Notes under the pieces: generated by a model
Seen by the model: only the letters and a program-made list of their open reading frames with translations
The model's database searches: none
Told to the model about the DNA's origin: nothing
Translations under genes and position numbers: made by a program
Shown here: positions 10,826 through 21,010 of the stretch, piece after piece
Layout of the letters: every line of letters begins with the position of its first letter
Numbering within the stretch: the stretch's first letter is position 1
NCBI GenBank assembly: GCA_002269645.1
Contig: NIVC01004987.1
Span: 1-29,436, forward strand
Direction: 5' to 3'
DNA length: 29,436 nucleotides
Source of the DNA: Macrostomum lignano
Taxonomy: Eukaryota

Positions 10826-11122
10826 ATGGCTGGGCGCCCAGCGGCACCTACATTCATCGTCCCTCCTGGACAACTGCGTCCCTCGCTGGAGCTGTGCGAC
10901 ATAAACTTTACGATGCGCGAGCTGGCCAACATCACCCAGATGCCTAGAGACTGCATCAACTGGATGGCAACCTTCCATCTTCTGGCCAACCAACAGACAT
11001 GCTCAACATGCCCCGGAGCCCCGGCGATGCGTCTGCAGCAGCGCACGGGTGATCGCTTTGTGGACAGGCTTGCTTGGGCATGTACCGGCTGCCATGGCCA
11101 GGTCTCCATAAGAAAGGGCTCT
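10826..11122 (+). pseudogene. Second copy of the Merlin-like Zn-ribbon fragment
   Basis: Same as 1602-1898 except ACG>ATG (T>M) at 10941. Confidence 0.65.
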
Positions 11123-14005
11123 TTGCTGGGGCTCCAGTTGAACCATATTGGACTTTGTGAGACTCTCTGTATGCCAGAGCAAGCTACGGGACGCAGTGCC
11201 CTATTGTTGTCGTTTACTGTCGTTACATGTCGTTTACCATTACCGTTTGTCTTTAGTTAAACAACTCCATCCAACTTTCCGAGAAAAATTTAAGTCCCAG
11301 CATCCCATTACTGTCGTTTTCTGACATTACTCAGTAGTCACAACTTGTTTCTGTCGAAAAAATAATTTAACGAATGAAAGAGGAAAATCGCCGCATCATG
11401 CATTAAACTTTACTAAATATAAAATTTTCTTTACCTTTGCCTAAAATATTTATAAAATATAACTTAATATTTAGATAATTTAGGACATATTATTACTCTT
11501 ATTAATTTTAGCAGAACTTACCTGAGTAATTTCAGAAATTGACTGCTTTAAAGTCTTTTTGTTAAGGGAACCAACCAAATTTTCTATTTGGTTTAATGCA
11601 AATTGCAGAGAGTCTAGCATTGTTGATAGTAAATGCTTTGTAGGGCTAAACAGTAATAGTTTGATGCTAGTAACATGTCAAATGACAATTTTGACAATCA
11701 AAGCACAATTTAATGTTTTAAGTAAGAATTGTCAGACTACTAGGCTAGTATAGTGTAGGACTTGCTACACCTCTAACTTTATTCAAGTTCAACTTGACAG
11801 CAAAAAAAAGGGGGGCTAATGTTTCTCAAAGAATGCAGAAAGTAAAGGGTATTTTTATTAGTATTCAGTCTGTATCTCTTGCTATTTTAAAAATTATATT
11901 AGTAACTAGGGCTAAGCCTATTTTCGAGTACTAGTCTACTGTATTTAGGCCTATATAAATATATTGTGATTAAAAAATTAAGACATCTTAAATATCACCT
12001 AATGAGTACTCAGAAAAAAAGATTTATTCATTGTTCACCATTCAGGTAATCATGTCAATCATTATTCTGTTATTCTGTTATTTACTGTCAATATTGACTG
12101 GCTTTAGAAGCTTGAAAACTGTAGATATTAATAAATAAATATTTATAACATATTTTTTGTCTTATAAGAAATTGTGTTTTTACTTTAAATTAAAACCGAC
12201 ACCAAAAACAATAAAAAACTTTGATATAATGCGACAATTTGAGTCACGCTTTTTTTAAATAATCGTGCTTGTCGATGACTAATGTAAAAACTATGTTACA
12301 AATATAAATATTTATCACGATTGTCTCTATAACCAAATTCTTCGAGTATGAAGTCGGCCCACACCCCAGAGTGGCTAAAACGAAATCAAAGACGAAAAAT
12401 ATCAACAAGATGGGCCCACTCAGTGGGCCCGGCCATAAAGTCTTGATCCAATAGAACTACGCATTTTGCTGAAAATGATTAAATGCAACGATTTTTTATG
12501 CATGCAGAATCACTGCAGATTTTTCATGGAAGTAACAATGCAAAGCAGTGAAGCATGCAGCTATGACTGAGAGGGTCATGGTTACCATTACCGCCCTGAT
12601 GTCCCTGCAGTTGTTAAGTTCCATGCAATCAGCCGCGGTGGGGGGGAGTGACAGCTGGAACAGCAGCTCAGGAGGTGGGCCGTTAGCCCATACACCTTTC
12701 CCTATGCTTAGATGTAACCCACTGCAGTTAATCCAAGTGCAGGGTGACAACGGCGGTATGGGTGGGAGCAGGGAGCCATGAGGATCCCGATCACTGGTCG
12801 AGCAATCTCGGCCAGGCCATTGGCCAGCTCGTGGCCTCGGAATGGCCCGACTTCCCCTGGGAGCCACCTTAAAGACACCCTGTTGGGGGCGCCCTAAGCG
12901 GTTAGCAGGCACCATGGCACACTTGCTTTTTTCTTTTACATGGATACATGTATTTTCTTACCCTCTCCAATTAACATTTCGCTAGGTGAGCCGTTTTGCT
13001 GGTTGTCCATGTCCCATCCAGGTCATGCAATCTCACCCACACTTGTTCCGTTACATATTGTCGACGTCAACCCAAGCGCGTCACGATTAGTTTAGATGAA
13101 GATGATCTGTCCATCTGAATGTAAACTACATGTACATGTAGTTCATGTGGTTCATATTATACATACTGTATATACCGTATGTTTCATAGACAAATGAAAT
13201 AGAAATAGAAATAACCAAGACGTTAATTGCCATTGCAGCAAAGCGAGTACTATATGTACATATAGTCAATAGTGTGTTGTTTAAATTTCTGACAGAATAG
13301 ATTTCGCTAACCTCCCATTATTATTTGCAAAAAATACAGACAGTAAAAATAAATTACGAGTAATATCCGTACGTAAAGCTTTACCAGTTTTTTAAGTAAC
13401 TCCGCGTAATTTACCGATCTTTCTTACAAATTACTCGTACATACGATCCTACATGGTAGATAAGAAACGCATAATTTTTGGCATATTGGAAATTTAAAAG
13501 TTAAATTACTAAACTCTCGATCATTAGCTCCAATGAGTTCCGTATCATTTTGAGTTGCCGGGGTGAATGGGGATGTCATCTTAAGCGCCGGCATAATGCT
13601 TTCATCCGGCCCTTAGAAGGGCAGAAAGAGTCAAAAGCAATTCAACTGAATAGTTGAATCTATTCACAGTTTCGTGTAGCGCGCTGTAGTATCTATTTTC
13701 TACCTAAGTACACTCGTATATAAAGTCTTTCTATCTTACACGCTGGAAAGTGAAAGTACTTCTACAAACATACGTGTAAACTTATTGAAATCATAGAAAG
13801 AACTGGAGATAGTGGCCAACTATTTAATACTCGTACATGTAGGCGTTCATTGAAATCGTATCTTGGGATCATTACTTGTTTTGTCCTTTATACATTTCTG
13901 TACATAAGGAAGAGAAATACAAGAAATGTCCGTGGCGATTTGACCGTTGTGCAGCTCAAAGTGAAAAACTGACCACCGCAAGTTTTACTCATACTCTCCG
14001 CGACG

Positions 14006-15370
14006 CTACTCCTCATCATCTCCTCCTCCAGTTTCTTCGATCATCGGCTCAGGTTCGTCACGGTCCGACTCCGCTCCGACTGATGCTTCATCAGCCGGCT
14101 CGTCGGCGTCCACTTCTTCTTCGAAGTCATCGTCATCGGGCTCATCGCTTGCAAAATCGTCATCGGCTGTATCGTCGTCGTCGGAAACCGCTAAGCTACT
14201 TTGACGAGAGGAGACTGGGGAACGCTCATCCTGCAGTGGCTCGTCTGGTTGGTTGGTTGGTTGGTTGGTTGGTTGGTTGGTTGGTTGGTTGGTTGGTTGG
14301 TTGGTTGGTTGGTTGGTTGGTTGGTTGGTTGGTTGGTTGGTTGGTTGGTTTGTTTGTTGGTTGGTTGTTTGGTTGGTTGGTTGGTTGGTTGGTTGGTTGG
14401 TTGGTTGGTTGGTTGGTTGGTTGGTTGGTTGGTTGGTTGGTTGGTTGGTTGGTTTGTTTGTTGGTTGGTTATTTGGTTGGTTGGTTGGTTGGTTGGTTGG
14501 TTGGTTGGTTGGTTATTTGGTTGGTTGGTTGGTTGGTTGGTTGGTTGGTTGGTTGGTTGGTTGGTTGGTTGTTTGGTTGGTTGGTTGGTTGGTTGGTTGG
14601 TTGGTTGGTTGGTTGGTTGGTTGGTTGGTTGGTTGGTTGGTTGGTTGGTTGGTTGGTTGGTTGGTTGGTTGGTTTGTTGGTTGGTTATTTGGTTGGTTGA
14701 TCCAAAAAATCAAATCAAATCTCGATAGCTAACCTCGGTTGGCATTGGCATCATCGTGGTCCGGATCGCCCATCCCATCCACACCCATGTTCTCCAGCTC
14801 CTCGCGTCGTTCTTCGCGTCTCTCTCGCTCTCGCCGACGCTCCTCCTGCAACTCCATATTGTCGTTCATGACTTCCAGCGCTTCGTTTTCCATTCGGTAG
14901 AGCCAAGCTTCGCGCTCACGGTCAGTCAGCCGGTGATCATCGTCCCCGTCCAGAACCTGCGCAGCTAGCTGGCCTCGAGCGAAGGCCGCTTGTCTGAAAG
15001 AAATTTGAATTTGAGTACGAGCGTATCACCTAATGCAATTATTATCAATAGTTGACCAGCGCACTATAAAAAATTGACAAGGAGGGATGTTTGCGGCATC
15101 TGCAACGCTTCCAAACCTATAACAATTTACATGAACAGAAACATACTTTTGAAACCAACATTGACTTCATATGAGTCACTGAAAGAGGATAGGCTACCTG
15201 TCACCGTCTGCAAAGTAAGCTTGCTGAGCCTCATCAGCACCAAGCTGTCCGTTAACCTCCAGTAGGCTGTGCCGTCGCTTGCTGCTCTCCAGAAATGCCA
15301 CCAACTCTTCGCGTTTCGACTCGCGTTTAGCCAATTCTCGCTGACGCATTTTGTCCACAGTATTTCCCAT
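14006..15370 (-). CDS. Second intact copy of the 223-aa acidic gene (exons 15370-15198, 14993-14734, 14244-14006)
   Basis: Exons appear identical to copy 1. The microsatellite intron is 34 nt longer. Confidence 0.8.
14247..14699. repeat. (GGTT)n microsatellite, copy 2 (about 113 units)
   Basis: Seen directly. Longer than copy 1, with shifted interruptions. Confidence 0.98.
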
Positions 15371-16885
15371 TTGTGCGGCTGAAACTTGAAGCAGTACTAA
15401 CTGGGCAACAGACAGCAATTGTGAGGAAAGACCCGAGGACTCCAGAAATTGCGTATCGTTTTAGCTATTTGAAAGCACCCTGACAAAGTTGAATTTTTGT
15501 TTATGTTTAATACGCAGCAGAATCGGTTGGTGGCGTGGTGTCGGTCAAGTCAGGCTTTGGTATAGCTGGATAGTTGCAATTAAACAAACTTAACAACCCC
15601 CACCCCTTACTTGCAAGCGCGTTGTCCAGGGTTCAACAGCCAACCTTGCAACACTTGGTGGTGACGAAAAATGCGAGCAAACTTTCAGCTAGTTTGAATA
15701 AATCACTGAAACTTGCATTTAGGTTAGATCTTGGGGCTTAATTCCTGTTTAAGGTAGTCCTGGTAGCTCTCTGTAGCAGCACAGCAGAAAAAGGTAAAGC
15801 AGTTTCGTTGGGATGAAAGAAAATTACTTAAACTCTTCTTGATGAAAGAGTTAAGCGGGGTGCAACTATATTTTGATAATAGCCATCTAAGATTAACCTA
15901 ACTGGGGCCTACGACAATTTACGAGTACCATCAATAATTTGATTGTCATCAATTGACTGCTGAACCTACTAGCCCTATCCTATATTTGTTCTAAACCCTA
16001 ACCTAAATTCTCGGCAAGTTAATTTATGCATGGCAGTCATGCAATTGTCGCGCTCCCCCATTACTATGCGGTAGGTCTGATCGATTGACTAGTGAAAGTA
16101 GCATTTAGGGCATTTCATATACATTGTTTTATTACTTTACCAATCGAAATGCTGATTTGTTACGTAGTTAACCAACACGGAAGTGCTGGTCACGTACTTT
16201 CCATTTCCCGTCATTGATATCAACCCCTAACCGGAGACAATACATTGCATTGATTAATGATCAATCATCAAACTCTTGTTTGCAGGGTGTTCGCTCACAA
16301 CACATTTTTCTGCTGAAACTTCGGGTTCTTTCTGCGATGAAAGGAATTAAACAAGCGTAGTTCTCACGGTTCCATACAATTTTTTATCCTGCGACACCCG
16401 TCTGTAGAGCATTCGCCAAACAGCATATTGTCTGCCGCTTGGTCTTGTCAAATTATATTATATTAAATAATATTAAAGCTCTCGCTGGGCAATGCAGACT
16501 CTGACCCTACAGTTTGGCATTGTGGCATTTCGCTTGGACGAAAGATACTGTAATTTGAGACAGACTGGAAATGGGCAAGGCAGATCAGAGTCTACCCCAC
16601 TGCGATAAACTGGTTAATTGAAGCATCTCCCTGCCAGCTGCGCGCGTTTTTTCTTCATCGTTTAAAACCCTTGCCTAGGTGCGCAAGGTGAATTGAAGTA
16701 AAGACCACCCCCAGAACGCCTTGCCCGAGCCTTAGCAACCTGAGCCACCTGCGCGGGCTCTTTTTTGAAGTAATTTATGCAGAAAAGAAGAGCTAAAAAA
16801 GCAAATCAACATTTCCACTGAAAAAAAGCAGAGAGATTAACAGACCAGCAACCAGAGCGTAGAAAATCAAGATCGAAACGGCAAG

Positions 16886-19544
16886 ATGACGAGTCAAGAA
16901 GCTGAGAATCAGAATCGTGAAGACGAAGAAGCGAAAGCGATGCATCGAGAAGAAGAAAAAGCAGAGCATCAGGGAGACGAGGACGTGGAGCACCAAGGAG
17001 ACGAGGATGCAGAGCATCAGGGAGACGAGGACGTGGAGCACCAAGGAGACGAGGATGCAGAGCATCAGGGAGACGAGGATGCAGAGCATCAGGGAGACGA
17101 GGATGCAGAGCATCAGGGAGACGAGGATGCAGAGCATCAGGGAGACGAGGATGCAGAGCACCAGGGAGACGAGGATGCAGAGCGCCAGGGAGACGAGGAT
17201 GCACAGCACCAAGGAGACGAGGATGCAGAGCGCCAAGGAGACGAGGATGCAGAGCATCTGGAAAAAGAGGCTTCAAAGCACCATAAAGAAGAGAATGCGG
17301 AGCGCAAGGAAGAAGACGATATGAAGCACCGGGAAGCGGAGTTTGTGAAACGCCACGAAGACAGTGATAACAGAAAGCAGCTAGAGCACAAAAAGGAGCA
17401 AGACATAAAGCTACCAACAATGAAAGTAGAGGTCCGAGAAGCTTTTCAGGATGATGACAACTCGGAAGAGAAGAAGTGCAATGAATTTCAACAATCGGAT
17501 TCAACTCCAACGTGGCAACAATCTAAGCAACTGCCTCCTTTGCGCAGCTACGTGTTGTCGAAACGAAGTGGCAAGACTGGTCGGCAAGATCAGCAGAAGC
17601 TGGCACCAAATCGGGTGATGATGGAGGCAGCTCAGCTGCTGCCAAAACTTCGACATTCTCGTCCCGGCATCGGATATTACGGACGGGTGCGCGGGCAAGC
17701 CGCGAACAGGTCTGTTGACCTGCGGTCGAGTCACGAACCGGCAGGTCAGGTAAGTGGCGGATGGCTTTGTGGCGATTACACATGCTCTGAAATCAGAGTA
17801 AAATTGGTAATTCAATCTAATCCTACTGCCCACAAAAGTAGCACACTATCACATCATAGAAATCGACAATGACACTATGCAGTACACATTGTCACGTAAA
17901 AGTACGGAGTGACTCATTCCAACTATTCATATGAGCGTAGACCACAGCAATCGGAGTGACACTCTCCAAAATTAACCACACTCACAACACAGCAATCGGA
18001 GTGACACTCTCCAAATGCACCACACTCGCGACACAGCAATCGGAGTGAACACTCTCCAAATGCACCACACTCACAACACAGCAATCGGAGTGAACACTCT
18101 CCAAATGCACCACACTCGCGACACAGCAATCGGAGTGACACTCTCCAAATACACCACACTCACAACACAGCAATGGGAGTGACACTCTCCAAATGCACCA
18201 CACTCGCGACACAGCAATCGGAGTGAACACTCTCCAAATGCACCACACTCACGACACAGCAATCGGAGTGAACACTCTCCAAATTCACCACACTCGCGAC
18301 ACAGCAATCGGAGTGACACTCTCCAAATACACCACACTCACGACACAGCAATCGGAGTGACACTCTCCAAATACACCACACTCACAACACAGCAATGGGA
18401 GTGACACTCTCCAAATGCACCACACTCGCGACACAGCAATCGGAGTGAACACTCTCCAAATGCACCACACTCACGACACAGCAATCGGAGTGAACACTCT
18501 CCAAATTCACCACACTCGCGACACAGCAATCGGAGTGACACTCTCCAAATACACCACACTCACGACACAGCAATCGGAGTGACACTCTCCAAATACACCA
18601 CACTCACGACACAGCAATCGGAGTGAACACTCTCCAAATGCACCACACTCGCGACACAGCAATCGGAGTGACACTCTCCAAATACACCACACTCACGACA
18701 CAGCAATCGGAGTGACACTCTCCAAATGCACCACACTCGCGACACAGCAATCGGAGTGAACACTCTCCAAATGCACCACACTCACAACACAGCAATCGGA
18801 GTGAACACTCTCCAAATGCACCACACTCGCGACACAGCAATCGGAGTGACACTCTCCAAATACACCACACTCACAACACAGCAATGGGAGTGACACTCTC
18901 CAAATGCACCACACTCGCGACACAGCAATCGGAGTGAACACTCTCCAAATGCACCACACTCACGACACAGCAATCGGAGTGAACACTCTCCAAATTCACC
19001 ACACTCGCGACACAGCAATCGGAGTGACACTCTCCAAATTCACCACACTCGCGACACAGCAATCGGAGTGACACTCTCCAAATACACCACACTCACGACA
19101 CAGCAATCGGAGTGACACTCTCCAAATACACCACACTCACAACACAGCAATGGGAGTGACACTCTCCAAATGCACCACACTCGCGACACAGCAATCGGAG
19201 TGAACACTCTCCAAATGCACCACACTCACGACACAGCAATCGGAGTGAACACTCTCCAAATTCACCACACTCGCGACACAGCAATCGGAGTGACACTCTC
19301 CAAATACACCACACTCACGACACAGCAATCGGAGTGACACTCTCCAAATACACCACACTCACGACACAGCAATCGGAGTGAACACTCTCCAAATGCACCA
19401 CACTCGCGACACAGCAATCGGAGTGACACTCTCCAAATACACCACACTCACGACACAGCAATCGGAGTGACACTCAAAATTCAGACCAAAAACTATCATC
19501 AAGAATCGCAGTTTAGTTCTCAAAGGTCAAAATGTTCTGAATGA
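16886..19544 (+). CDS. Putative complete copy of the HQGDEDAE-repeat gene: exon 16886-17749 plus terminal exon 19485-19544 (~307 aa), with the satellite as intron
   Basis: CAG|GTAAGT donor at 17749. The first acceptor after the satellite is AAATTCAG|ACC (19484), giving TKNYHQESQFSSQRSKCSE* in phase 0. AATAAA lies at 19963. The terminal exon is inferred. Confidence 0.4.
17943..19475. repeat. 44/45-bp satellite, copy 2 (about 34-35 monomers, includes the natural right end)
   Basis: Same order of monomer variants as copy 1. Ends ...GGAGTGACACTC|AAAATTCAG. Confidence 0.97.
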
Positions 19545-20153
19545 AGTTCCGAGCGTCCCACTGACGCACCACCACCCCTCCCCTGAACCAGACGGCTCCC
19601 CTCGTCCTCGGTCCAAGTCAGGAGCTGACCAGCCAATTCTACAGCAGCAACAATAAGGTCGGTCAGCAAGTTGGAGTTAAGCGGGTAACTACAGCGGCTT
19701 CAGTGAACGGTCGCTACCCATTCAGCCGGATTATCTACCCTAATCTGATTGGCCAGAGCGTCGGACAGCCAATCAGGATGGCGCAGCGGCAGCAGCGAAG
19801 CCTCACAATGCACAGCAGCGAGGGGACATTCGTTCTGAGGCACAAGCTGCGCCAGAGCGCTGGCTGCCTAGCGCGAATCATGGACAGCTCAAGCACTGGA
19901 GAGGCGGCCGTGAGACGGGCGATCTCGCGAGCAAGTAAATACTAACCTCAGACGGTTAACGCAATAAACAGTCGTGTTGATATTGTCACATCGATATACC
20001 TCTATTGATATTAAATTATATAACCATTTTTGCGGATAAAGTCTTGCAACGCATTTTTATTTAAAACAACCTCAAATAGCAGCCAAATATGCAACTCAGA
20101 GTTTTCAGGACGCGATTTCACAACCAAAACTATCAAAAAAGCAGTACAAGAAT

Positions 20154-20345
20154 GGGAGCCGTAGCCCAGTGGTCCAGCGCGGCGCTCTGATGTGCCAGCG
20201 GCCCAGGCTCGATTCCAAGTGCAGTCACATTAATTTGGGGCTAAATTGAATCTTAGCTTGGCTCTGCTCGTGCAATTAACGCCCTTGAGGACCAACCCGC
20301 CAGGCATAGTGAAGTGTACATGCCTAGCGATAAATAAAGTTGGGA
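20154..20345 (+). mobile_element. Degenerate tRNA-derived SINE, family A
   Basis: GGGAGCCGTAGCCCAGTGG (A box) and GGCTCGATTCC (degenerate B box), then an unrelated body and an A-rich TAAATAAA. The 3' end is approximate. Confidence 0.55.
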
Positions 20346-20558
20346 CTCGTATTGGGCCTTCCAGTATCCAGTAGAAGAGAGGTCTCTAAGCTGCTGTTGA
20401 AACTACAATTCCAGCATTGAGTTGCGATCGAGGGGTGGCGGGAAAATTCTCACAAATCTGCAGTATTGCGATGGTTTTTTCAAGCATTACCTTTGAATGG
20501 CATGACCAAAACATGCTAGATTTAATTTGTTAAAAAGAAGAAGGGTTGTAGCCAAGTT

Positions 20559-20764
20559 GGGTGTTGTAGCCTGGTGGTTAGAGCCTCGGACTCACGACTT
20601 GAAGGTCTGGGGTTCGATTCATCCCACTGCAACAATTTAAGTCCTTGAGCAGGACACTTAACTCTGCATTGCTTCAGTTCACCCAGCTGTAAAATAGGTT
20701 CCAGCATTAGCTGGGGTAATTAAGGCTGTGTGACGACCCCCCAGTCCTTGGACTGAACAGCCGT
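20559..20764 (+). mobile_element. tRNA-derived SINE, family B, with a V/Meta/Deu-type core
   Basis: A box TAGCCTGGTGG, B box GGTTCGATTC, and core GTCCTTGAGCAGGACACTTAACTC...CAGTTCACCCAGCTGTAAAATAGGT. A second copy in the window confirms it is interspersed. Confidence 0.85.
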
Positions 20765-21010
20765 ACGCAGCCTTCAGATGCGCCGCGCAATAAAAAGCTG
20801 CGACTGAGCTGTCGGTTGCACATCTGGCCATTGGGGCAGGTGTAATCAATTCAATTCTGGTGTGTCAGAGCTTTCCGGACACCCCTCGTAAAAGAAGAGT
20901 GAAACACTCGCCACTGGTCGCGTCACAAAACTCTATAAGACACTTTGAAAATTCAGTTACTGCAACATTGCAAAATGCACACCAGCTCGCATTACTTCGA
21001 TAAAACTTAG

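Larger units (their letters stand above)
10123..19475. repeat. Tandem segmental duplication, copy 2; the satellite continues here and unique sequence resumes at ~19476
   Basis: Near-identical to 899-10115. The differences I found are homopolymer or microsatellite length changes plus a few substitutions. Confidence 0.97.

Noticed and set aside
19486-19938. TAA-to-Gln reassignment or RIP-like mutation as an explanation of the TAA-only stops
   Set aside because: Too few sites. The well-supported genes here show no internal TAA, so ordinary nonsense decay or chance is enough.
20559-20630. Functional tRNA genes (also 20154 and 28820-28892)
   Set aside because: A and B boxes are present, but I see no closing acceptor stem, and the heads run into SINE bodies.
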